The notes under the pieces are model-generated. The model saw only the letters and a list, made by a program, of their open reading frames with translations. It ran no database searches and had not been told where the DNA came from. A DNA stretch of 63,161 bases, counting the filler. It is 5 parts of 5 records of this genome, joined end to end, with 100 filler letters (N's around TTAATTAATTAA, not from the genome) between each part and the next. Parts side by side here need not be neighbours in the genome. Positions count along the whole stretch, not along the records: positions 42,609 to 52,563 come from SRR31156797_11257; positions 52,664 to 57,845 come from SRR31156797_11267; 3 more parts are not named here. One strand, 5' to 3'. Of the stretch, positions 42,509 to 52,741 are shown piece by piece. Made by a program: the position numbers and the translations under genes. Position 1 is the stretch's first letter. Each line of letters starts with the position of its first letter.

Positions 42509-42608
42509 NNNNNNNNNNNNNNNNNNNNNNNNNNNNNNNNNNNNNNNNNNNNTTAATTAATTAANNNNNNNNNNNNNNNNNNNNNNNNNNNNNNNNNNNN
42601 NNNNNNNN
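42509..42608. other. Artificial contig spacer
   Basis: 44 N + TTAATTAATTAA + 44 N. Confidence 0.98.
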
Positions 42609-42638
42609 CGAACGATTACGAACGATTACGAACGATTA
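42609..42638 (+). repeat. 10-bp tandem repeat (CGAACGATTA)x3, truncated by the gap
   Basis: Read directly at the contig start. Confidence 0.9.
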
Positions 42639-42827
42639 ACTATTGAAGAGAAAACTATTTTAATTTATGTTTTAGATAATCAAAAAATTACAAGAAAAGA
42701 AGCTGTAGAGTTAACAGGATTACAAAATACAAAAGTATATGAGATTTTAAAAACACTTGTGGAAGATAAAAAAATATTAAAAAGATGTGGAAGTGGTAGA
42801 AGTACCTATTATAAGGTGGCAAAGTGA
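42609..42827 (+). CDS. 3' fragment of a protein with a C-terminal winged HTH (missing from the ORF track)
   Basis: Open frame RTITNDYERLTIEEKTILIYVLDNQKITRKEAVELTGLQNTKVYEILKTLVEDKKILKRCGSGRSTYYKVAK*; its TGA overlaps the hsdS GTG. Confidence 0.75.
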   Translation, partial: RTITNDYERLTIEEKTILIYVLDNQKITRKEAVELTGLQNTKVYEILKTLVEDKKILKRCGSGRSTYYKVAK

Positions 42828-44026
42828 GTAATAAATTGCCTCAAGGATGGGAAGAAAAAGAATTATCAGATTTTATAAATTTTAATCCAAAAGAAAGTAT
42901 AAAAAAAGGAACTGTTGCTAAAAGTATTCCTATGGCTTGCTTAAAAGAATTTTGTAAAAATATTACAGAATATGAAGAAAAAGAATTTAAAGGTGGTACA
43001 AAGTTTAGAAACGGGGATACTTTACTTGCAAGAATTACACCTTGTCTTGAAAATGGGAAAACAGCATTTATAGATTTTTTAGAAGAAGATGAAATTGCTT
43101 TTGGTTCTACGGAATATATTGTATTAAGAGAAAAAGAGAAAGTTAGTAATAAAGATTTTATATATTATCTTTCGATATCTCCACGATTTAGAGAAATAGC
43201 AATTAAATCAATGACAGGTTCATCAGGAAGACAGAGAGTTCAAAATGATGTTTTATTTAGTAAGAAGTTTATATTACCATCAGATATAAATGAACAAAAA
43301 AGAATAGCAGATATTTTATCTGCCTTTGATGATAAAATAGAAATTAATAATCAAATAAATAAAACCCTAGAAGAGATGGCAAGTGCACTTTTTAAAGAGT
43401 GGTTTATAAATAAAGCTGAAACAAATTGGATACAAACAAAAATAAAAAACTTTGATGTTATTGTAACTGATTATGTTGCAAATGGAAGTTTTAAATCTCT
43501 AGCTGAAAATGTGAACTACAATAATAATGAAGGCTATTCGATTTTAATAAGATTAACAGATTATAATAATAATTTTAATGGAAAATTTGTATATATTGAT
43601 AAACATGGACATGAATTTTTAAAAAAATCTGAGTTATTTGGTGGAGAAGTTGTTATATCTAATGTTGGTGCTTATTCAGGAACAGTCTTTAAGGTACCTT
43701 ATTTAAAAAGACCAATGAGTCTTGGTCCTAATGCTATTGTTCTAAAATCTAATTTTAACAATTTTTTTTATCTTTTTTTTAAAAGCTTTTATGGGCAACA
43801 TCTTTTGGATGGAATAATTACTGGTAGCGCACAACCTAAATTTAATAAAACAGCTTTTAGAAATTTAGATATAACATATCCATCTATAGAATATATAAAA
43901 GATTTTGAACAAATAGTTGAACCTTATTTTAAAAAAATTGAGCAAAACCAACAAGAAAATAAAATCTTAAAACAACAAAGAGATGCACTTTTACCAAAAC
44001 TTATAAGTGGTGAGATAAGGGTATAG
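42824..44026 (+). CDS. hsdS: Type I R-M specificity subunit
   Basis: LPQGWE start; two TRDs followed by conserved helices EQKRIADILSAFDDKIE and LKQQRDALLPKLISGEIRV. Confidence 0.93.
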   Translation: MSNKLPQGWEEKELSDFINFNPKESIKKGTVAKSIPMACLKEFCKNITEYEEKEFKGGTKFRNGDTLLARITPCLENGKTAFIDFLEEDEIAFGSTEYIVLREKEKVSNKDFIYYLSISPRFREIAIKSMTGSSGRQRVQNDVLFSKKFILPSDINEQKRIADILSAFDDKIEINNQINKTLEEMASALFKEWFINKAETNWIQTKIKNFDVIVTDYVANGSFKSLAENVNYNNNEGYSILIRLTDYNNNFNGKFVYIDKHGHEFLKKSELFGGEVVISNVGAYSGTVFKVPYLKRPMSLGPNAIVLKSNFNNFFYLFFKSFYGQHLLDGIITGSAQPKFNKTAFRNLDITYPSIEYIKDFEQIVEPYFKKIEQNQQENKILKQQRDALLPKLISGEIRV

Positions 44027-44027
44027 G

Positions 44028-45059
44028 ATGACAAAAGTAGAAAGTTTAAATGAATATTTAGACATTATCAAAGATTATGAAATAGAGTTGTACAAAGAAG
44101 GTGAAAAAAATAAAACTTTGTATTTTAGAGGTGAAACTAAAACAGGAAGGGCTTTACAACCTAGTATCTTTAGAGAGAAAGAATTATTACAAGTAGAGGA
44201 TAAATTGTTTTTTGATATGCAGAGATTAATTTATAAAGAATTTCAAAGTTTTCAAACAACACTTGATAAATTAGTATTTATGCAACATCATGGTTTACCC
44301 ACAAGACTGTTAGATATTACAGCTAATCCTTTAGTATCTTTATACTTTGCTTGTGAAAAATACCATAATGAAAATGATGGAATAGTATATATTTTACCTC
44401 AATATGAAGAGGATGATTCAGATAATAGTAAGATTATTTCTTTACTTTCACGATTGCCACAAAATTTCACTGATGAGAGAATTAAAGAATTAATATTTAA
44501 TGAACTAAATAGAGAAGCTAAGGAAATTGATTTTTTAAAATTTTTAGAGATGGATGTTTCTTTTATTAAAACAAATAGAAATAATAATAGACAGATAAAT
44601 CAAGATGGGGACTTTTTATTATTTTCTAATAATACAAAAATTCAAGAAAAACAAATATTTAGTATTGATAAAGAGAATATGGAATGTCCTCCAATAATCA
44701 TTAGTAAAAATTCAAAAAAAGATATATTAAATGAATTAAACCGGATAGGAATAAATCTTTTTACACTTTTCCCTGAACCTGAAAAACTTAGTAAGTATTT
44801 GGTTGATAAATATAAAGATAATAATATAATACAAACAGCAGTTAAATTAGATAATACAGAATTAGTATTAAGTTATTTAGAAAAGTTTGATGCAAAAGAT
44901 GTAGTAGATTTAATAGAATTTATCAATGACTATGATATTTTTAATGAAGAACATTGGAATGAATTCTTACCTCTTGCATATAACAGAATAGGTATACATG
45001 AGACTGATGAGTTAGAAAAGTATATTCATGTATTGAATAAAAAGGAAGCTAATGAATAA
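44028..45059 (+). CDS. FRG domain-containing protein
   Basis: LYFRGE, LQPSIFR, MQHHGLPTRLLDITANPLVSLYFAC, NRQINQDGDF, LNRIGINLFTLFPE. Confidence 0.9.
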   Translation: MTKVESLNEYLDIIKDYEIELYKEGEKNKTLYFRGETKTGRALQPSIFREKELLQVEDKLFFDMQRLIYKEFQSFQTTLDKLVFMQHHGLPTRLLDITANPLVSLYFACEKYHNENDGIVYILPQYEEDDSDNSKIISLLSRLPQNFTDERIKELIFNELNREAKEIDFLKFLEMDVSFIKTNRNNNRQINQDGDFLLFSNNTKIQEKQIFSIDKENMECPPIIISKNSKKDILNELNRIGINLFTLFPEPEKLSKYLVDKYKDNNIIQTAVKLDNTELVLSYLEKFDAKDVVDLIEFINDYDIFNEEHWNEFLPLAYNRIGIHETDELEKYIHVLNKKEANE

Positions 45060-48000
45060 CTTTTACGAAGACAATTTAGAACAAGCAATGATACAAATCT
45101 TTGAAAATGATTTGGGTTATGAGTATAAAAGTGGTATAGATATAGCTCCCGAATCTGTAGAGAGTGCTAGGGATGATTTTCATGAAGTTATTTTAAAAGA
45201 GAAGTTTTTTGATAGTTTAAAAAGGATTAATCCTACTATTTCAAAAGATGTCTTAGAAGATGTATTCAAACAAGTTATTCATCCTAATTCACCTATGATG
45301 AGTGAAAACAACAAGACTTTTCATAGGTATTTAGTAGAAGGTGTTGATGTAGTTTATAAAGATAAAGATGGAAATGACAAAGGGGACAAGGTATATCTTT
45401 TTGATTTTAAAGATATTACCAAAAATGAGTTTTTGATAGTCAATCAGTTTACTATCGTAGAGTTTGATGAGAGACGACCTGATTTGATACTATTTATAAA
45501 TGGCTTGCCTATGGTTGTTTTTGAGTTAAAGTCCTTGTCAAATGAAAAAGTAGGGTGTGAAAAAGCTTATAATCAATTACAAACTTACAAACAAAAGATT
45601 CCAAGTCTATTTAATACAAATGCTTTTATGGTGATAAGTGATGGAGTAAATGCAAAAGTTGGAACCATAAGTTCTAGTTTGGAGAGATTTTCATCTTGGA
45701 AAAGTGTAGATGGAGTAAAATTAAATTCACATATTCAAATAGAGACTTTACTTTTAGGAATGTTTGATAAAAATAGACTTTTGGATATCATCAAAAACTT
45801 TATTGTTTTTGTAGAAGATGGGGTGAAAAGTACAAAGATATTAAGTGCTTATCATCAATATTTTGCAGTAAAAAAAGCAATAGATTCAACTGTAAACTCA
45901 ATCTTAGAAAAATCAAAAAAAGCAGGTCTTGTATGGCATACACAAGGAAGTGGAAAATCACTCTCTATGGTATTTTATACAAGCTCCATCATACAAGCTT
46001 TGAAAAATCCTACGGTAATAGTATTAACTGATAGAAATGACTTAGATATGCAACTATTTACAACCTTTTCAAAAGCAAGTAGTATCTTAAGACAAACACC
46101 AATACAAATAGAAGATAAAGATGATTTAAGAGAGAAGTTAAATAGAGAAAGTGGAGGGATAATCTTTACTACAATTCAGAAATTTGCTCTAAAAGATGAC
46201 GAGGTACAAATAGAGTGCTTAAGTGATAGAAGAGATATTATACTTATTGCAGATGAAGCCCATAGAAGTCAATATGGCTTGGAAGCAAAGGTTGATACAA
46301 AAACAGGGAAAATAAGCTATGGATATGCCAAACATATTAGAGATGCCTTACCAAATGCAACTTTTATAGGTTTTACAGGAACTCCAATAGAAAATAGTGA
46401 TAAATCCACAAGGGAAATTTTTGGAGATGAGGTTGATATTTATGATATGACCCAAGCTGTTGAAGATGGCTCAACTGTAAAGATATATTATGAAAGTAGA
46501 ATTGCAAAACTAAAACTAGATGAAAAAGTTTTAAATGAGATTGATGAAGAATATGAAAAACTAGAAGATGAAGGTGCTCCTATAGAGCTTCTTGATGAAT
46601 CAAAAAGAAAATTCACAAAGCTAGAAGAGATAGTAGGAGATGCCCATAGACTGGAAATGTTAGCTATGGATATCGTAACTCACTATGAAGATAGAGAGAT
46701 TATCCTTGCCCCAAAATCTTTAGATAAAGCAATGATAGTTTGTATGAATAGAAAAATAGCAGTAAATCTATATGACCAAATTATAAAACTTCGACCTTCT
46801 TGGCATAGTGATGATATGGATAAGGGAAAAATAAAAGTTATTATGACATCAAGTGCAAGTGATGATGAACTTTTAAAAAAATATGAAACCACAAAAGAGG
46901 ATAGGGTTTATTTAGCAAAAAGAATCAAAGATATAAATGATGAACTAAAAATAGTGATTGTGGTGGATATGTGGCTTACTGGTTTTGATGTGCCCTCTAT
47001 GAGTACAATGTATATTGATAAACCTATGAAATCGCACAATCTAATGCAGGCAATAGCTAGAGTAAATAGAGTTTTTAAAGACAAAGTGGGTGGACTTGTA
47101 GTTGATTATATAGGAATTATGGGGTCACTAAAAGAGGCTTTACAAACATATACAAGAAGAGATGTAGATAAAGTTGAACTAAACCTTGATGCTGCTTTCC
47201 ATAAGCTAGAAGATGCTCTGACTTTCTTGAGAAAACTTTTTTCTGCTTTTGATTATAGTGGATTTGAAACTGGAAGTGATAAAGATAGATTAACTCTTAT
47301 TGGTGATGGGGTAGAACATATTTTAATAGAAAGCTATGGTGAAGAAAATATAAAAAAAGAGTTTAATAAAAAAGTTAGTGAATTAAGTGCTGCCCAAACT
47401 CTTTGTAACTCAATGCTTGATGATGATATGAAACTAGAGATTGCTTATTTTAAAGCAGTGAAAAGTGCTTTAAATAAGTTAGAGGGGGAAGAGTTTAATC
47501 TAAAAGAGATAAACCAAAGAGTTCTAAGTTTAGTAAAAGACTCTATACAAAAAGATTCTATCTTGGAGTTAAATGATATCTTAGGTATCAAGCAAAATGA
47601 GTTAGATATTTTTAATGAAGAGTTTTTACAAGAGATATCTTCAATGAAAAGAAAAAATATAGCCCTAGAACTTCTAAAAAGACTATTATCAAATAAAATA
47701 AAAGCCTATGAAAAAACAAATTTAGTTCAGAGTGAAAAGTTTTCATTTTTGATGAATGAAGTAATGAATAAATACAATAACAAAGCTCTTACAAATGCAG
47801 AAGTGATAGATGAACTTTTAAAAATGTCAAAAGATATGATGGAAGATTTTCTAAAAGGGAATGAACTAGGTCTAACAGATGAAGAAAAGTCTTTTTATGA
47901 TGCACTAACAAAGTTTGATACAGTAAAAGAAGCTATGGATGAAAGTGTTTTAAAAGAGTTAGCAGTAGAACTTACAAGAACAATACAAAATTCTAAAACA

Positions 48001-48153
48001 ATAGATTGGCAATACAAAGAGAACACAAGAGCTAGAATGAGAAGAGAAGTAAAAAGACTTCTTAAAAAATATGACTATCCTCCTAAAAAAGCATTTGATG
48101 CATTAACTTTAGTTATAAAACAGGTTGAATTGAGTTGTGAGAATGAGATTTAA
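45052..48153 (+). CDS. hsdR: Type I R-M restriction subunit
   Basis: RRPDLILFINGLPMVVFELK nuclease, HTQGSGKS, DEAH, FTGTP, MWLTGFD, QAIARVNR; 1033 aa. Confidence 0.96.
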   Translation: MNNFYEDNLEQAMIQIFENDLGYEYKSGIDIAPESVESARDDFHEVILKEKFFDSLKRINPTISKDVLEDVFKQVIHPNSPMMSENNKTFHRYLVEGVDVVYKDKDGNDKGDKVYLFDFKDITKNEFLIVNQFTIVEFDERRPDLILFINGLPMVVFELKSLSNEKVGCEKAYNQLQTYKQKIPSLFNTNAFMVISDGVNAKVGTISSSLERFSSWKSVDGVKLNSHIQIETLLLGMFDKNRLLDIIKNFIVFVEDGVKSTKILSAYHQYFAVKKAIDSTVNSILEKSKKAGLVWHTQGSGKSLSMVFYTSSIIQALKNPTVIVLTDRNDLDMQLFTTFSKASSILRQTPIQIEDKDDLREKLNRESGGIIFTTIQKFALKDDEVQIECLSDRRDIILIADEAHRSQYGLEAKVDTKTGKISYGYAKHIRDALPNATFIGFTGTPIENSDKSTREIFGDEVDIYDMTQAVEDGSTVKIYYESRIAKLKLDEKVLNEIDEEYEKLEDEGAPIELLDESKRKFTKLEEIVGDAHRLEMLAMDIVTHYEDREIILAPKSLDKAMIVCMNRKIAVNLYDQIIKLRPSWHSDDMDKGKIKVIMTSSASDDELLKKYETTKEDRVYLAKRIKDINDELKIVIVVDMWLTGFDVPSMSTMYIDKPMKSHNLMQAIARVNRVFKDKVGGLVVDYIGIMGSLKEALQTYTRRDVDKVELNLDAAFHKLEDALTFLRKLFSAFDYSGFETGSDKDRLTLIGDGVEHILIESYGEENIKKEFNKKVSELSAAQTLCNSMLDDDMKLEIAYFKAVKSALNKLEGEEFNLKEINQRVLSLVKDSIQKDSILELNDILGIKQNELDIFNEEFLQEISSMKRKNIALELLKRLLSNKIKAYEKTNLVQSEKFSFLMNEVMNKYNNKALTNAEVIDELLKMSKDMMEDFLKGNELGLTDEEKSFYDALTKFDTVKEAMDESVLKELAVELTRTIQNSKTIDWQYKENTRARMRREVKRLLKKYDYPPKKAFDALTLVIKQVELSCENEI

Positions 48154-48365
48154 ACTATCTCATCAACCTCAAACTCATAATAATCTGCAAGGGAACTAGA
48201 CATAAAATCTTTATATTCTTTTGATATGATTTCATAGTTTAGTTTTATTAACTCTTGATTTAAACTCACCTCTTTAAAGTCCATCTTGTATAGGTTTTCA
48301 AATTTAGGTGCTATATCTTTTACTTTTTGTGTTGTGAAGAAATCATCAGGATTAAATGTTTTCAT
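48150..48365 (-). CDS. Small acidic hypothetical protein (71 aa)
   Basis: AAGGA RBS 6 nt before ATG; stop overlaps the hsdR stop (shared TTAA). Confidence 0.65.
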   Translation of the reverse strand: MKTFNPDDFFTTQKVKDIAPKFENLYKMDFKEVSLNQELIKLNYEIISKEYKDFMSSSLADYYEFEVDEIV

Positions 48366-48500
48366 AATTTTCCTTTTATAATTAACATAGTTATATACAA
48401 TTCTTATTCCTTGAATTGTGTATTTATGCTAGAAATTTAATATTTACATAAACAAAAAGTTATAAAATGCGTTTTTTATGATTTATTTTGAAGGATATAT

Positions 48501-49010
48501 ATGTCAAATATAGCAATATTAGTAAGTAGTTCTAATAATAACTTGAAGCTAGGACTTAAAATAGCAGAACTTGCACAAGAGCAAGGTGTTGAAACTGAAG
48601 TTATTGATTTAGTGAGTTTAGGGTTACCTTTATATAATACAATAGAAGAAGAAAAAAATGGTATTCCTCAATCTGCAAAAGATTTAGCTAAAACAATTTT
48701 AGAAAAAAAAGCGTTTATAGTGATTGCCCCAGAATATAATGGAGTGATGCCAGCAGTTTTAAACAATGCAATTTCATGGACTTCAAGAGCAACTCCTTAT
48801 TGGAGAGATGCCTTTAATGAAAAGTTTGTAGGTTTAGCAACTCACAGTGGTGGTGGAGGAACAAAAGTTCTTCAAGCAATGAGAATCCAATTTCAACATT
48901 TAGGTGCAAATATTTTAGCAAGAGAACTTTTAACGAGTTACGATAAACCGTTAAATGAAGAGAGTGCTTTAAATATGATTTTACAACTTGATAAGTTATC
49001 AAAGTTGTAA
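48501..49010 (+). CDS. NADPH-dependent FMN reductase family flavoprotein
   Basis: LPLYN, APEYNGVMPAVLNNAISW, SGGGG. Confidence 0.88.
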   Translation: MSNIAILVSSSNNNLKLGLKIAELAQEQGVETEVIDLVSLGLPLYNTIEEEKNGIPQSAKDLAKTILEKKAFIVIAPEYNGVMPAVLNNAISWTSRATPYWRDAFNEKFVGLATHSGGGGTKVLQAMRIQFQHLGANILARELLTSYDKPLNEESALNMILQLDKLSKL

Positions 49011-49064
49011 GATATTTTAGAAATTGAGATATAATAGAGATAAAATTATTATATAGAAGAGTAT

Positions 49065-49988
49065 ATGGAACATATTTTAACTGCATTAATTCCCATTTTT
49101 TTACTTATACTTACAGGATTTTTATTTAAGAAAATAGATTTTCCTTCTGCTGAGTTTTGGAAAAGTGCAGATAAATTAACATATTTTGTTCTTATGCCTT
49201 CTTTATTGATATATAAACTCTCAACAGCAAACTTAGAAAATTTAGAAGCATTTGATTTTGTTTTAACAGGGATTTTAACAATATTTTTTATTTTGATTCT
49301 TGCTATGATATTAAAATCAAAAATGAAGTCTTCAGGGGCTTCTTTTAGTTCTGTGGTTCAAGGTGCAGTTAGATTTAATACTTATGTGTTTTTAGCATTG
49401 ATAAATGCAATTTTAGGGGATGAAGGTATTGCTTTAGCAGCTTTACTTATAACATTTGCTATACCTATTTTAAATGTAATATGTATTACAGTTTTTGCTT
49501 TTTATGTTGATGATAATAAAGCAACATTTATAGGGATGTTAAAATCAATTATTAAAAATCCTTTAATAATAGCTTGTTTAATAGGTGGAGCAATAAATTA
49601 TATAGATTTTTATATGCCAATTATTGCAGTGGAGTTTTTAGAAATATTAAGTGTTTCTGCATTGCCTCTTGGACTTTTATCTATTGGTTTTGCATTAGAT
49701 TTAAACTCTATAAAAGAAGCAAAAACAGAGTTGATTGTTTCCTCTTCTCTTAAGTTAATTGTGATGCCTATTTTGATGTTTTTAGTTGGAAGTTTATTTT
49801 CACTAGATTCTTATCTTCTAACTATTTTAATAATCTTTGCAGCTATGCCAACTGCTTCATCCTCTTTTATATTAGCAAGACAATTGGGTGGAGATACAAA
49901 ACTTATGGCTTCTATAATAACTTTTGAGACTCTATTTTCTCTTTTTAGTGTGTCCTTTATTTTAGGTTTTCTTCAATACTTGAATTAA
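49065..49988 (+). CDS. AEC family transporter
   Basis: About 10 TMs; YFVLMPSL, RFNTY, NPLIIA, AMPTASSSFILARQLGGD. Confidence 0.88.
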   Translation: MEHILTALIPIFLLILTGFLFKKIDFPSAEFWKSADKLTYFVLMPSLLIYKLSTANLENLEAFDFVLTGILTIFFILILAMILKSKMKSSGASFSSVVQGAVRFNTYVFLALINAILGDEGIALAALLITFAIPILNVICITVFAFYVDDNKATFIGMLKSIIKNPLIIACLIGGAINYIDFYMPIIAVEFLEILSVSALPLGLLSIGFALDLNSIKEAKTELIVSSSLKLIVMPILMFLVGSLFSLDSYLLTILIIFAAMPTASSSFILARQLGGDTKLMASIITFETLFSLFSVSFILGFLQYLN

Positions 49989-50081
49989 TAGTATAAATTT
50001 GTGGTTACAAAATTGGCAATTAATAATGTATGCCTTTAATGAAATTGTAGTAAAATATAAGTATTAAGAAGGAGATATCTT

Positions 50082-50435
50082 ATGATTTTTTTAGTTTTAG
50101 TAGGAATTGTAGCAATAATTGTTATTGTTTTGAATATGATGGATAATTCAAATTTAGACACTATAAGACAATATTTTATTGATAATAATTGTACTAATAT
50201 TACATATTCAAAAGGTAGCTACAAGGGTATTTGTGGAGAAAAAGTTGTTGAAATCCATAATAGTTTTAATGTTGATTTAAAAGAGAACAAAAAATCAATA
50301 GATTTAGAAAAAATCAAAAAAATAAATGAAAAAAAATTAGTGATTATTATAAATGATGATTATGAAATTGAGTTCAAAGATAAACAAAATAAAGAGATAT
50401 TTTACAATAATTTAAAGGAACATTTGAATAAATGA
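50082..50435 (+). CDS. Hypothetical membrane-anchored protein
   Basis: AAGGAG RBS, N-terminal TM, 4-nt overlap with the ATPase gene. Confidence 0.7.
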   Translation: MIFLVLVGIVAIIVIVLNMMDNSNLDTIRQYFIDNNCTNITYSKGSYKGICGEKVVEIHNSFNVDLKENKKSIDLEKIKKINEKKLVIIINDDYEIEFKDKQNKEIFYNNLKEHLNK

Positions 50436-52168
50436 ATGAAATAATAGATTATATACAAGCCAAAAATGTAGAAAAAACAAGCTTTTTCAAACATTTAAAA
50501 TGCTCAAAAGAGGAAGCAAGAATTTTACAATATATTACAAAAGAATATATTATGGGTAGAGATACTTTAATTGTAATAGATATTTTGGCTGAATTTTATG
50601 ATTTAAAAAGTTTTGAACACTTAAAACATATCCAAGAGATAAAATCTCTTTTAGGACTTGGTTGGTTAGTTCAAAACAGTTTTGAACATCTAAAATTGAG
50701 TGATATGTCACAATTAGAATTATTAAATTCAGCAGTTACTTTATCAGCTGCATATTTGAAGTTTCTAGAAAAAGGTTCATTGGATTTTGTTTTACCTGAA
50801 GTGAAAAGTTATACTGACCATTTGGAATATTTACAAGACCAGTTTTTTAAAATAGATTTAGCACAGCAACTAAATCTAGTAAAAAGAAACTTTGATGAAA
50901 ATTCACCAAATATCAATAGATTAAGAACAAAATTAACTTTGCTTGAAAATAGAATTAAAGATAGAGTAAATGAAACTGATAGTGAAATTTTACTTGAAGA
51001 TTTTTTCAAACAAAACAATCTTGATGAACAAGAGCAGATGTTGTTTTTAGCTTTACTAAAAGAGGAATACTCAGGAAGTGATGGAACAATCAGAGATATG
51101 AATTCTTTGATAGAATTAATCTCAAGTGATGATTATGAAAAAATCAAATTTAGAAGTCTTTTAGAAGAGGGTTCAAACCTTGTATCAAATGGTTTGGTTG
51201 ACTATGATGAGGTTTTAACACCTTTTGGTGGCATAAATAGAAACTTCTATATCCCAGATGATGTTTTATATAAGATTTCACACCCAACAAAAAAGAAAAC
51301 AAACAATAGAAAAATAAAGCTTGATACTCTTATAAGAGACCAAGATATTTTTGAACTTGTATCTACTCATAAAACTTTAGATGATGTGATTTTGAATGAA
51401 AAAACAAGAGAGATATTAAATGACTTGTTAAAACAAGTTGATAAAACTGTGTTCAACAGATTAAAACAATGGGGAATCAAAGACAAAAAAAGAGGAATTG
51501 AAGCAAGGATAATCTTTTATGGTTTTGCTGGAACGGGTAAAACATTAACTGCATTAGCTTTAGCAAAATCTTTGAAGAAACAAGTTGTGAGTTTTGATTG
51601 TTCTAAAATCTTATCAATGTATGTTGGTGAGAGTGAAAAAAATGTAAGAGCTATTTTTGATAAATACTATGAGTTAAGAGATAAAAGTAAATCTGAACCA
51701 GTTTTGCTTTTAAATGAAGCAGACCAATTTTTGAGTGCAAGAACAACATCTAGTGGAAGTGGTAGCGAAAAGATGCATAATCAGATGCAAAATATATTTT
51801 TAGAACAGATTGAAAGGTTCGATGGAATACTTATTGCAACTACAAATCTACTAGAATCACTTGATAAAGCCTTTTCTAGAAGATTTAATTACAAAATTGA
51901 ATTTAAGAAGCCTACATTGGAACAAAGAGTTCAATTGTGGGAAAAACTATTACCTGAAAATCTTCCGTTAGAAGATGGGTTTGATATACACAGCCTTGCA
52001 GAGCATGAGCTAACTGGTGGACAAATTGAGATGATTATTAAAAACACGGCTTTTAAAGTAGCCGTTGAAGATGATCCAATTTTTACCATCAAATCTTTTG
52101 AAGAGCAAATCGAAAAAGAGAAAAAAGGGAATTTTGATTCAGAAGCGAAAGTTGGATTTTTTAGTTAA
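50432..52168 (+). CDS. AAA+ ATPase (Campylobacterota type)
   Basis: GFAGTGKT, SMYVGESEKN, LLLNEAD, ATTN, AFSRRF. Confidence 0.9.
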   Translation: MNEIIDYIQAKNVEKTSFFKHLKCSKEEARILQYITKEYIMGRDTLIVIDILAEFYDLKSFEHLKHIQEIKSLLGLGWLVQNSFEHLKLSDMSQLELLNSAVTLSAAYLKFLEKGSLDFVLPEVKSYTDHLEYLQDQFFKIDLAQQLNLVKRNFDENSPNINRLRTKLTLLENRIKDRVNETDSEILLEDFFKQNNLDEQEQMLFLALLKEEYSGSDGTIRDMNSLIELISSDDYEKIKFRSLLEEGSNLVSNGLVDYDEVLTPFGGINRNFYIPDDVLYKISHPTKKKTNNRKIKLDTLIRDQDIFELVSTHKTLDDVILNEKTREILNDLLKQVDKTVFNRLKQWGIKDKKRGIEARIIFYGFAGTGKTLTALALAKSLKKQVVSFDCSKILSMYVGESEKNVRAIFDKYYELRDKSKSEPVLLLNEADQFLSARTTSSGSGSEKMHNQMQNIFLEQIERFDGILIATTNLLESLDKAFSRRFNYKIEFKKPTLEQRVQLWEKLLPENLPLEDGFDIHSLAEHELTGGQIEMIIKNTAFKVAVEDDPIFTIKSFEEQIEKEKKGNFDSEAKVGFFS

Positions 52169-52338
52169 TAGTCTACTTTCTGAAAAGATATTAAATATTG
52201 CTTAATATTTTTTTACTATTTGATACATTTAGTTATATATAGAAAAATGTGTTAGAACTACACAATGATTATAAGACTAGCTTTATAAATCATTAGATAT
52301 TATCTAACACAAATGATAAAAATTAAGAAGGATTAAAG

Positions 52339-52563
52339 ATGACACATATGGAGTTTTCACATCCGTATTTTGGTGCATTTTTCATGTTTGTATTAACATT
52401 TGGTGCTTTTACTGCAACTGTGTTTTTAGCAAGATTTATAAGTCGAAAATTAGCTAGACTTGATACAGAAAAATTAAAGTCTACCCTTTATGAGTGTGGA
52501 CCAGAAGTTACAAAACAACCAAGTAGTATCTCAGTACAGTTTTATTTAATGGCACTACTTTTT
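52339..52563 (+). CDS. nuoA: NADH-quinone oxidoreductase subunit A (3' truncated)
   Basis: TM helix then KSTLYECG...SVQFYLMALLF. Confidence 0.88.
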
Positions 52564-52663
52564 NNNNNNNNNNNNNNNNNNNNNNNNNNNNNNNNNNNNN
52601 NNNNNNNTTAATTAATTAANNNNNNNNNNNNNNNNNNNNNNNNNNNNNNNNNNNNNNNNNNNN
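52564..52663. other. Artificial contig spacer
   Basis: 44 N + TTAATTAATTAA + 44 N. Confidence 0.98.
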
Positions 52664-52741
52664 TTGAGAACTTGTTCGAAAATCACCCGGCCGTACTTAA
52701 GTCTGAGGCAAATAAGAAACATGTTTTAAAAGCAGCCTTGA

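Noticed and set aside
42609-42638. Short repeats as a possible CRISPR array
   Set aside because: Direct 10-bp tandem units with no spacers and no cas genes. I saw no CRISPR array, tRNA or rRNA anywhere in the window.
50432-52168. AAA ATPase with Walker B LLLNE as a defence ATPase
   Set aside because: Sits among housekeeping genes before nuoA with no effector partner; appears to be the ordinary Campylobacterota family.
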